Origin: Eledone cirrhosa
Lineage: Eukaryota
NCBI GenBank assembly: GCA_964016885.1
Contig: OZ024749.1
Span: 7,068,001 to 7,132,000 of the forward strand
Direction of reading: 5' to 3'
DNA length: 64,000 nt
In this document: positions 53,626 through 64,000 of the stretch, one piece after another
Layout of the letters: each line of letters opens with the position of its first letter
Numbering within the stretch: position 1 is the stretch's first letter
Notes under the pieces: generated by a model
Databases searched by the model: none
What the model saw: only the letters and a program-made list of their open reading frames with translations
Told to the model about the DNA's origin: nothing
Made by a program: the position numbers and the translations under genes

Positions 53626-54234
53626 ATCTAATAGTTCTTCAAACTTGCAATTTTACATATATATATATATATATATATATATGAGAAAATCCCATTAACA
53701 TGTTCTACTGTTTTTCTTATTTTCCTAATATGCACATCCACATATGTATATATGTATATATGTATGCATGCATGTATGTATGCATGTATGTATGCATGTA
53801 TGCATGCATGTATGTATGTATGCATGTATGTATGTATGCATGTATGTATGCATGTATGTATGCATGTATGTAAGTATGTATATATACGCATATGCATATT
53901 CACATGTGTCTGTGTGTATGAGTGATAAAGAAAAGGAGTGTTAGGGTGCAGCAATAGATAGGGAGATAGAGAGAGATAGATAGAGAGAGAGAGAGAGATA
54001 GATAGAGAGAGAGAGAGAGAGATAGGGAGAGAGAGAGAGAGAGAGATAGGGAGATAGATAGATAGGGAGATAGATAGAGAGAAAGATAGAGAGAAAGATA
54101 GAGAGAAAGATAGAGAGAAAGATAGAGAGAAAGATAGAGAGATGGTTAGATGGATGGATAGATAGAGAGAGAGATGGATAGAAGATATATAGATAGAGAG
54201 AGAGAGGGATAGATAGATAGATAGAAAAGATAGA

Positions 54235-56672
54235 TTTCTTTTATTTGCCACTAGGGCATCAAAAGTGGGACAAGTACAAAGGGGGGAGTTTACACAAAAA
54301 GGCGTCCTCAATAAGGAGGAGGCAATAACAAAATATAAAAATAAAATAAGATATAACAAAAAATAAAATTTTTAACAAAATCCTCAATAGAGAGGAGGCG
54401 CCTTGGGGGGGTCGCACACACCCCCGAAAAAAGTGTGCAACCCTTCTCCTCAGGAGCACAGAGAAGGGGTGCTCCCTTGGTCTTTCATCTTCCTCACCTA
54501 TAGTCTGATGTAGAGTGAAGGCCCATTCACACAGGCCATTCTCGCCACTTTCACCCATCTTTCATAGAAACGGCTGGGGTGCAGCACCTCTCTCTCCATC
54601 CTGATCCTTCTTCCGAAATGATATCGGAAGAAACGGACCAGTTGTTGGCCAGAGAGAAAGGTGCCCGACCTCAGTCCTTTCAGACGCGTCCACCATACAA
54701 CCTCTTTCGCCATGGCTATTACGCACAGAAACACCGCCTCTGCTTCATCTTTGAAGGGGGGAGGCGGCTTGATCATTACAATAGACTCGGTGGTCAACCG
54801 GATCGGTCCCACCCTTGACAGCAGTTGTTCGACATAGCCCCACAGATCGGCTACGCCCGAGCAGTGTACTAATGCGTGTGCAACGGTTTCCTCGTCGCAC
54901 ACGCTTCTGGGACAGATCTTTTTGGCGGGGTCCCTACCCGGGCGCCCGTGTCTGTAGAGCCTTTCTCGAACGGGTAAAGCCCCTCGGTAGCACTGCCAGG
55001 CCAGGGACTTCTGGAAGTTGTCCATAGGTCCCGGGCTGAATGTCCTACCGAACAGGCTGGCCAGTTCGTCCTCCTCCATGTCTAGGGCTTCTCCGAGGGC
55101 GTCGTCGCACCTGCTGCATACCAGCCCTCTATAGAATGTTGCGGTGGAGTCTCCACTGATAACCGGATCCGCCTGCCAGAGGGCGGTGAGCGCCTGGGCA
55201 CACTCAGTGTGCCAGGCGCCCAGTTTTCTCGGTCTTTGCTTGACCCAGGATTGCAGCTCGGTGAGTGAGACGAGTCTGGGAAAGGTTCGTCTCACAAACG
55301 AGGCCCACACCGGTTGTCCGGTGAGGAATACGTAGAGGTGCCGTAGCCTTAATGCGTGTTTACGCATCATTAGCCACGGCATCCCCAGCCCTCCTTTCGA
55401 AGGGTGTTGACAGCAGATGGATCTCCTCACCATAGGAGCCCGCCTCTTCCAAAGGAATTGGAAGAGCGCGCGCTCCATCTTGGTGAGGGTTTCCCTTGGG
55501 CAGGGCACTACGGTCAGGCGGTAGTAGATGACGGACGCTATGTAGGTGTTCGCCACCTCCGCCCGACCTTTCAGGGATAGTTTGCAACTGGCCCACTTCT
55601 GGGTCAGTGCAAACACCCTGTTCGTAACCTCCGCCCAGTTTTTCTCCACCTGGAGGTCCGGTCCGAACCAGACCCCGAGCAACTTCACCGGGCCCTCCGT
55701 CCAGCGTCCGACGACGCTATCGGAGGGCATCGGTCTGCCCCTCCACGTGCCGAGTTGCAAACCGATCGACTTGTCCCGGTTCAGCTTAGCCCCTGTGAAC
55801 TTTTCGTACTCCTCTAGTAAGGTGCCGACCACCTCGATTTCGGAGGCCGTCGACACCATTACTGTCACGTCATCGGCGTAGGCCGACACCGCTTTCCGCA
55901 ATCCCGGTTCCAAAGGGATGCCCTGCAACAACTCCAACTTCCGCAGTAGTGGCTCGAGAGTCAACCCATACAGAAGGGAGGAGAGAGGGCACCCTTGTCG
56001 GATGGACCGCGCGATTTTGAACGGCTCCGAGAGGTAGCCGTTCACCTTGACCCTAGAGCAGATGCGGCTGCTGTGCATAGCAGTGATCCAGCCCCTGAAA
56101 ACGGGTCCGAAGCCTGCCGCCGCTAGCACCGCATCCAGGTAACCATGGTCGACCCTATCGAACGCCTTAGATTGATCCAAGTTGATCAGAGCCCCACCAA
56201 AGCCGGGTTCGTTCCCAACCCTCTCTATGATGTATCGCATGAGGTGGAGGTTGTCATGGATGGACCTGGACGGGATAGCGCATGTCTGCGCATCTCCCAC
56301 CAGGTTGCCCACGACAAGCGCCAACCTCTTTGCTAGCACCTTGGCCAAAATCTGTAACTCTGTATTTAGCAGTGTTATGGGCCTGAAGTTACTTATTTCG
56401 TCCCCCTTGTTCTCATCCTTCCTCACTAGCGTGACTACGCCCTTGGTCACAGTACAGGGAATTCTCCCGTTCTGTTGCCAGTTGCAGTAGACCGCCTCGA
56501 GGAGATCGGGGAACAAGTCCGGCATAGCTAGATATAATTCGTAAGGAAGACCATCGAGACCCGGGGATTTGCGTTTGCCGCATTGGCTCAGCACGTCCTC
56601 TATCTCAGCGGCCGAAATCGGCTCCTCGCAGGACTTCGCCTCCCTGTCCGAGAGGCGCGGCAGGCCGTCGAG
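54235..56672 (-). mobile_element. Tx1/L1-clade LINE, 5'-truncated, embedded in GATA/GA microsatellite
   Basis: GC-rich; uninterrupted ORF2; 3' end GCAAATAAAAGAAA abuts (TCTA)n. Confidence 0.9.
54498..56672 (-). CDS. Tx1-type ORF2 fragment (RT plus C-terminal Cys/His region), ~724 aa, endonuclease missing
   Basis: KSPGLDG, NFRPITLLN, LDQSKAFDRVDH, IRQGCPLS, AYADDV, ETVAHALVHC. Confidence 0.9.
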   Translation of the reverse strand, partial: LDGLPRLSDREAKSCEEPISAAEIEDVLSQCGKRKSPGLDGLPYELYLAMPDLFPDLLEAVYCNWQQNGRIPCTVTKGVVTLVRKDENKGDEISNFRPITLLNTELQILAKVLAKRLALVVGNLVGDAQTCAIPSRSIHDNLHLMRYIIERVGNEPGFGGALINLDQSKAFDRVDHGYLDAVLAAAGFGPVFRGWITAMHSSRICSRVKVNGYLSEPFKIARSIRQGCPLSSLLYGLTLEPLLRKLELLQGIPLEPGLRKAVSAYADDVTVMVSTASEIEVVGTLLEEYEKFTGAKLNRDKSIGLQLGTWRGRPMPSDSVVGRWTEGPVKLLGVWFGPDLQVEKNWAEVTNRVFALTQKWASCKLSLKGRAEVANTYIASVIYYRLTVVPCPRETLTKMERALFQFLWKRRAPMVRRSICCQHPSKGGLGMPWLMMRKHALRLRHLYVFLTGQPVWASFVRRTFPRLVSLTELQSWVKQRPRKLGAWHTECAQALTALWQADPVISGDSTATFYRGLVCSRCDDALGEALDMEEDELASLFGRTFSPGPMDNFQKSLAWQCYRGALPVRERLYRHGRPGRDPAKKICPRSVCDEETVAHALVHCSGVADLWGYVEQLLSRVGPIRLTTESIVMIKPPPPFKDEAEAVFLCVIAMAKEVVWWTRLKGLRSGTFLSGQQLVRFFRYHFGRRIRMEREVLHPSRFYERWVKVARMACVNGPSLYIRL

Positions 56673-56815
56673 GATAGAGAGATAGATAGAAAAGATAGAG
56701 AGATAGATTGAGAGAAAGATAGAGAGAAAGATAGAGAGAAAGATAGAGAGATAGAGAGAAAGATAGAGAGATAGAGAGAAAGATAGAAAGATAGAGAGAA
56801 AGATAGATAGATATG

Positions 56816-56913
56816 TTTCTTTATTTGCCACAGGGGCATACAAAAATGGGACATTACAAGACGTGACGGCGGGGGTTTTACATAAAAATCATATAAGTCT
56901 AACATTAATAAAT
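56816..56913 (-). mobile_element. Second Tx1-like 3' terminus
   Basis: Reverse complement GTCCCATTTTTGTATGCCCCTGTGGCAAATAAAGAAA, homologous to 54235-54280. Confidence 0.7.
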
Positions 56914-57581
56914 ATAGATAGAAAGATAGATAGATAGAAAGATAGATAGAAAGATAGATAGAAAGATAGATAGAAAGATAGATAGAAAGATAGATAGAAA
57001 GATAGATAGAAAGAGAGAGAGAGAAAGGAAGAACACAACAATGTACATTATTCATCACTTTATGATACTATATTTTTTTTGTTTTTCCTTTGTTTTTGTT
57101 TTGTTTATTTTTGTTTTACACTTTCTTATAATCACGAGAAAAAGATATCTAGAAAATATTTTAGACTTGAAAATATGAGACCCCCCCCCACACACACACA
57201 GAGCCAAACCTCATAAAACAAAAAAAAAAAAAACATTAAAAAAAAATAAAGAAAGTCAAGTCAAAAAACCTATTTGTAATATCTTATTTTCTCATTTTGG
57301 TATATTTATTATTTAGAGAGAGATTTTGACTGATACTTCACACATTATTTTAGATATTAATAAAAACAGAATACTGAGAGAATATTTTTAAAGGACATTA
57401 GCTTCTGCAAATATATTTTGCAATTAAGTTTGATTTTTTCCTATTTATTTGTTTGTTTGTTTGTTTTTAATTCCATCTTTCATTCAATCCTTTGCAGAAT
57501 CTTATAATGCTGAAATGTTGATATTATCTGTGTTAAGGAATATTTGGTAAATAATGTCTGTAAAAATATTGAAAATATATA

Positions 57582-58194
57582 TCATCATCATTTTATGTCC
57601 GCTTTTCCCTGCTTGCAAGGGTGGGAAGAGTCCTATTAAGTACAGCATCTTTCCACTTGTTACGGTCCTTCGTCATCTCCTCCGTGAGCTTCAGCGATCT
57701 TAGGTCAGCTCTCACCACCTCCGCTCATATTTTTTGTGGTCTTCCTCTACTGCGTCTTCCTTCTACTGGGATTTCTTGGCACATCTTTACCCAGTGGTCG
57801 TCCTCCATGCACATCACATGTCCATACCAACGCAGTCTTCTCTCCCGTGCACTACAGTTTATCCCTCTTATACAAGTTTCTCTCTCAACTCGTCTATGCT
57901 TGGTCATTCAGGCACATTGACATTGCACATCCAACGGAGCATGCTTGCTTAATTTCTCTCCAGCCGTAGCATATCCTCTGCAGTTGCTGCCCATGTGTCA
58001 CTACCATGCAGCATCGCACATCTCAAACAAGCATCATATAACCGGCCTTTCATTCGTAGGGAGAAACCCTTCTTTGTCGACAGAGGAAGCAGCTCCCTAA
58101 ACTTCTTCCAACCCATCATTATTCTAGATACTATGGCCTTGGAGCAACTTCCTTCCTTGCTAATCTGATCACCTAGGTATTGGAACCTATCAAT

Positions 58195-58198
<4 letters not shown>
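57582..58198 (-). mobile_element. RTE family 1 3' fragment
   Basis: Sequence and translation match. Confidence 0.9.
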
Positions 58199-58283
<85 letters not shown>

Positions 58284-58463
58284 GCAAAAGTTTTATTTAA
58301 GATTGTTGGGTTACAATGAGTAAATATTTTATAACTGATATAAAAGCACTCGACAGTTTCTGGAGTAGGTTTACGATATTAAACTACCAAATCAACTTTT
58401 TAAAAGGAAGTTGCATTATTACAAGGTATGTCACTAATTATTTATAAAACAGCTTATGTATTG

Positions 58464-58529
58464 TATTTTGTCTGAGGAAGGCATAACATATTTTTAATAT
58501 GATATCCCAGAAATATATATAACGAAATA
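58464..58529 (+). ncRNA. Hammerhead ribozyme (H2) in rearranged element 58285-58572
   Basis: TATTTTGT-CTGAGGA..GAAA-TATATA-TA-ACGAAATA; inverted tail segment at 58285-58383. Confidence 0.7.
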
Positions 58530-58570
58530 AATATGGTTTTATAAATATAGTTTCCATTTGTTTAATATCG

Positions 58571-58600
<30 letters not shown>

Positions 58601-58602
<2 letters not shown>

Positions 58603-59667
58603 GGGTGTGGACGATATTTGTTCGCAATTTTTAACTGCTAATTTTATGCAAATTTTTTTTACTTCCTTTGTCACTCTTGTCTTCATAAAAACAGTGACTA
58701 TATTTCCATTATTTATTTTCAGAATAATTGATTATGAATAATTTTTACCCTCCAAATTTGTGGAAGAGACACAAAGTTCTTCTTGGAACCCGCGCCGGGA
58801 GGACAAATAAGGAAATTTCAGACTTTCTCAGCGTCAGCAGGAGAATGCTGGAAAAGGTCAGAAAGGAGTTGGAAAAGGTCAGAAAGGAATTGGAAGATTC
58901 AGGTTTCGACTACGAAACAATATCAGAGAGGAAAACACATGATCGACGATCTGACGCCTTCAGAATGCCCGAGTTCGTCGCTGAAGTTCAGGATATCATC
59001 AACAATGAACCTAGCAAGTCGATGCATGCCATTGCAAGGGAGAAAGGCATGGATGAAAAGCTCATTAGGCTGGTGGTACATGAAGACATTTGCTACGTTT
59101 CATACAAGATGAGGAAAGGACAATTTCTGTCAAAGGCGATGCAAGAAAAGCGACTGAAGCACGCAAAGAAGCTGATCAACAAGTTGAAACACCGACTGGA
59201 GCCAGACATGCTGTGGTTTTTCTCCGACGAGAAAAACTTCTGCCAAGACCAGAAGATCAAGTCCCAGAACAACAGGTGGCTCGCTGTCTAATCCAAAGAC
59301 GTGCCCAGAGTCATGTAGACAAAGTTTCCAGCAACAACATTGGTCTTAGGTGTCATCAGCACTTCACCTGACATCTGGCCTCCCAGCTCGCCTGACTGCA
59401 ACCCCCTCGACTTCTTTGTGTGGGGCACAGTGGAACGAGACACCAACAGATCTAGCTTCAATACGAAAGACGATCAGAAGGCCAAGATCACAAGTGCCTT
59501 TAGGGGCCTAAGTCTGGGCATAGTGACGAAGGCATGTAGCTGGTTCCGAGGCCGCCTTGAGGCCATCATCAAAGCCACTGGCAGGTTTATCGAGTGAGAT
59601 CAAAAGAACAAGTCATGAAGACAAACTGACCCAAGTTTGATAAATATATCTTAATAAATAAAACAGT
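58601..59667 (+). mobile_element. Tc1/mariner superfamily (maT/DD37D-like) transposon, degenerate
   Basis: TA-CAGGGTG left end; WFFSDEKNF; WPPSSPDCNPLDFFVWG; stops and internal deletion; right TIR not seen. Confidence 0.85.
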
Positions 59668-60387
59668 AATCAGTTCCCGTCCCACCCTTGCAAGCAAGGA
59701 AAAGTGGACGTAAGATTATGATGATGATGAGGATACATATATATATATATATAGCACACACTGCAAACGTGGTTGGCGTTAGGAAGGGCATCCAGCCATA
59801 GAAACCTAGCCAGAAACAGTTCTATATGAGCACAAGAGTCACACGATTCAACTTGTCTCTAATGGGACAACCCGTCTGACCCATGCTAGCATGGAAAATG
59901 GATGTTAAAAGGTGATGATGATGATGATGATGATGATATATATGGGGGGGGGGGCTATAAATGCACGTACATAGACAAAGAGAGACTCAGTGTCTATACA
60001 AAGGAGGAACAGCTGAGTCATACGAGACTAACCATGTAAAAGCTGAAACTCTCTTTAATTGTTCAAATGACTATAAAGAAGGGAAAATACTCCTGTAGCT
60101 TTGGCTGAGCCAAGTCTTTTGGAACAAATCAAAACAAACCAGTGAGAGTGGATCTTGGCTATTAGTTGGTGAAGGCCATGGATGTGTTCTGATCATACTA
60201 GCTCTCCACAAAAAAGTATATTCACTAAGCAGGTTAGTTTTACTAAAATGGCCAAATATGGATATAGGAAAGAGGGACAAATTGAAGCAGTGATTATGTG
60301 TGTCTACAAAAGGTAGATATGAAAATACCTGAGAGGAGTGTTCTTATATAACTTCTTCCTCTGACCTTAATGATAATACATGCTTAA

Positions 60388-60646
60388 CCCTTTAGCATTT
60401 AAACTGGCCCTTTCCGGCCAGAACTCTTTCACATCTTTCTGTTCAAACCGGCTGTAAATACTGATGTTAAGGTATTGTTCTCAAAATAATATCAAAATCT
60501 CAGATTCGATATTATGTGAGATAATTATGTGAGGTTAAGCCTTTACCATGAAAATACAATAGTATATATAGAGTAACCTATGCTAGCGTGGAAGATGGAC
60601 GTTAATCGATGATGATGATGATGAGAGTAATGTAAATGCTAAAGGG
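60388..60646. mobile_element. piggyBac-like MITE containing a 47-bp RTE tail insertion
   Basis: TTAA flanks; insertion 60577-60623 with TSD AGAGTAA. Confidence 0.8.
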
Positions 60647-60716
60647 TTAAATATAATTGATGAGGACACAATTCTATTGGTGCCATGAGTTTGATAATTT
60701 CAGTAAAAATAGTTCA

Positions 60717-61604
60717 TATCATCATCATCAACGTTTAACGTCCGTGTTCCACGCTTGCATGGGTTTGGACGGGGGTAGTCCCACTTGAGGCAAGAGTGAT
60801 TGTCTTGCTCGCATAGGACTGTCTGGCAGGTTTTCTACAGTTGGATGCCCTTCCTAACACCAACCACATTTACAGTGTGGGTCTGGGAGGTTTTTACCAT
60901 GTTGCCTACACGGCCACATTACAGCGTGGACTGTGTGTTTTTTTTGTCGTGACACCTACACGATCTCATTTGTTTCGGCCTGGATGGCGCGGCACCAACA
61001 TAACTTTACATAGAACGGGGTGGTGTGGATGGGGTGGGGGTGGTGGTGGTGGGACGGGGTGTATTTTGTTAGAGATGCCTACTGGCTGGAGTAGGTTTTA
61101 CTATATATTTAGGTAAGGCGGGTCTTCTCTGTTACTGAGTACCGCCAAAGGTCTCGGTCCAGTGACATTGTCTTGGTGAGGTGTAAGTGTGTGAGGTCGG
61201 AGTTTATCAGCTCGTCCCAGGTTTTTCTAGGTCTGCCTATTCCGTGACTACCGTCTATCTTTATTGCCCTGCACTTTGTTATACAGCTATCGACTTTCAT
61301 GCGCATCACGTGTCCATACCAACGTAGCCTTCTCTCGAGTAAACAACATCTGATCCCTCTTATCTCTAATTTTTTCCTTAGTTCGTTTATGCTTTGCCGT
61401 TCATGTATATTACTGTTACACATCCAGCGGAGCATGCAAGCTTCGTTCCTCTCTAGTCTGCGTATATCCTCTGCACACAATGCCCAGGTCTCACTGCCAT
61501 GTAACATTGCTGTTGGTATGCAGGCATCGTACAACCTGCCTTTCATTTTTAGGGAGAACCCTTTAGCAGCTAATAGTGGTATAAGCTCTCTGAACTTTTT
61601 CCAA
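60717..61604 (-). mobile_element. RTE family 2 3' fragment
   Basis: [24 protein letters not shown] plus UTR. Confidence 0.92.
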
Positions 61605-61708
61605 CATGTTTAGCAAATATACTCAACTATATTCACAATTAAAATAGTAACTATTCCGATATTAAATCCATGGTATTGGAACAATGTTTAGGTAGACCCA
61701 TACATTTA

Positions 61709-63386
61709 TCTATATATCTAAAACAGAGAATGTCTGACTGTCTGTCTATCTAAAACTCGAGAACCACCCAACCGATTTTTTTCAAACTTTACACATGTAA
61801 TACTTATGGTCATGTGAGTGTTATGAGCAAAGAATATTTCAAATTTTCAATGCCCTAGGGACCGCATTAGGCGCCGAACGTCGCGCCCTTATAATATATG
61901 TCTGTATGTCTGACTGTCTGCATTACAACATTATGATGCTATCTGTGTGTGTGTGTGTGTATATATATATGTATATATATAGTGTATGTATCTATAAATA
62001 TATATAAAATTGAAATAGTATGTGTGTGTGTGTGTGTGTCCCCTAATTTTTGCAAAGTCTATACAAATCCATATTTCTACTCCGATTGACTTCAAACTTG
62101 CATTTATATATTCCTTGTGGTCTAAAGATATTAACTGCAGTTTTAATTTGTCAATTTTCAGTTGTTAAAGGCATGTTAGGCGCCGGTTATCGATCTCTCA
62201 CTCTCTTTATTAGTCTATCTTTTTAGATAGATACATAGCTATAAGGTCGCGCCCTTATAATATTCGCAGATTGATTTTTTTAGTTTCAGAAGATCCCGTT
62301 AAGGGTGAAAGCACACGTAAGCAATCTCAATGTTACTGCTGCTACATAGGACTCCCATTACCACTGAACTTTCACCTTTGCGTTCTGCATTTCCATCCGC
62401 AGGCTGACATGGAATGGTCTTCATAGTAGTCGGTTTATTGAGGGAGAAACAAAAGGGTCTCGAATTTGCCATCCAAAAAACACATTGACAATAACAAAAA
62501 CCACTAAAATCAACGCAGAATGATACATTGTAGAAAACTTTAACCCGTCTTTTATTAATCAAAAAACTTCTTGCCAATAAACATTAACCCTTTGTGCGCC
62601 ATTCATCTAACTGTAGATCAACAAATACCAACTAAACGGAGCGTTGAAAAGAACGATGGCGAATGAATCTTCGAGGTAAGCAGTTTCCTCCCGAGCTGTT
62701 AGTTCACGCGGGATTCTCTGCTACACTTTTTCATAATAATTATTTCTACTTTAGGCACAAGGCCAGCAATTACCCAGTGCATTACTGGTACTTTATTTTA
62801 TCGACCCCGTAAGGGTCGATAAATAATAATAATACCATAAATAATAATAATACCAAATAATAATACCATAATAATAATACCAAACAACATACTGCTGGTC
62901 ATTCCTTCCTCCAAAAGCCGTACAAAGCAGACATGTGCATCAGGTGCAAATCTACACCAGGCCTACGCGAGAAATTTGCAAGGGACTGCACCGAGAGGGA
63001 TAGAGAGAAAGAGTAACTTAGTGGAAAGAGTGCGAATGAACTTTTGAGGTAAGTAGCCTACGCCTTACTGCTATTGCACTGGAACCTTCTGCCAACTTAA
63101 ACTGTGACTTTCTCTTTCACATTTACTCCAATAGGCCAAAACAGAGTGGAAACACCGGAGTATTTCATGGAAGGAGTATGAAAAGAAGGGGCTCAACAAT
63201 ATTTCTATGAACAATGCACGTAGACAACTAAACTGTACTTTCAACTTCTTAATTTTCTCCAAATAAAACAAGTTTCCAGCCGGTATATTTTTGCGAGTTT
63301 TTAACAGGCACTCACAAATAAACGTTTCTCACTGGAGGTGCTATTACCAATGTTCTTACCCGTGCAACGCCGGGATACACTGCTAG
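61709..63386 (+). mobile_element. Non-autonomous Helitron
   Basis: A|TCTATATAT 5' end with (GTCT)-rich segment; 3' hairpin CCCG-TGCAACGC-CGGG then CTAG|T; no TSD. Confidence 0.75.
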
Positions 63387-63668
63387 TATAATATAAAACA
63401 TAATATAAAATACACTGAATCAACAAGTTATATTAATCTATTCAATACAACGAATCCTCTTATCTCATCTTACCTCCGCAAGGTTTGAACTAAATTAATT
63501 ATATTTCATTATAATGTATTAATTTTCTTAAATACATCACCTGCTTTTATATCTTGACCAAATATAAAATATCACTTAAATAAGTATAAATGCTTAACAT
63601 ACATTAATTCAAATATATCTGCTTAGCCATAATATCCAGATAATCAATAGTACACTTTGTAAATTTAA

Positions 63669-63888
63669 CCCTTTGGCATTTACATTACTCTATATATACT
63701 ATTGTATTTTCATGGTAAAGGCTTTACTTCACATAATATCTCACATAATATCAAATTTATGAGATTTTGATGTTATTTATTTTAAGAATAATACCTTAAC
63801 ATCAGTATGAGCGGCTGGTTACGGATAGTTTGAACAGAAAGAGGTGAGAGAATTCTGGTCGGGTACGACGGGTTTATATGCTAAAAGG
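63669..63888. mobile_element. piggyBac-like MITE
   Basis: TTAA-CCCTTT...AAAAGG-TTAA. Confidence 0.8.
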
Positions 63889-64000
63889 TTAAATAAGTGT
63901 AAATGCTTAACATGCATTAATTCAAATATATCTGCTTAGCAATGATATCTAGATAATTAACAGTCTACTTCGTTAATTTAACACCACTTCAACGCATTAA

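Noticed and set aside
56673-56843. N-terminus of the 781-aa ORF
   Set aside because: Translation of GATA microsatellite and a second LINE tail; real homology begins at LDGLPRL (56672)

Overview
AT-rich, repeat-saturated eukaryotic DNA. The SINE/RTE/microsatellite landscape suggests a mollusc, probably an octopod; this is an inference. No host protein-coding gene is supportable, and most long ORFs in the track are (TA)n/(CA)n/(CAC)n artefacts. Recognisable content: three RTE-clade LINE families (one with a 476-aa RT ORF), a young GC-rich Tx1/L1-clade LINE embedded in GATA/GA microsatellite, an R4/Dong RLE remnant, tRNA-derived SINE families, Tc1/mariner, hAT and piggyBac-like MITEs, a non-autonomous Helitron, and 32/36/44/55-bp minisatellites. 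The main hidden signal is about 20 minimal type-I hammerhead ribozyme (HHR) motifs from about 10 unrelated sequence families, of the kind found in Penelope-like-element pseudo-LTRs and retrozymes. Most lie in (TA)n tracts. Many are arranged as foldback pairs with one long and one short arm, and one locus is a 437-nt HHR-to-HHR tandem (circular-RNA/retrozyme candidate). Seven families share a covarying RCTC-[stem-loop]-bulge-GAGY hairpin downstream of the HHR, located just past the point where the short arm ends. All structures were read by eye and are not computationally or experimentally validated; repeat boundaries are approximate.
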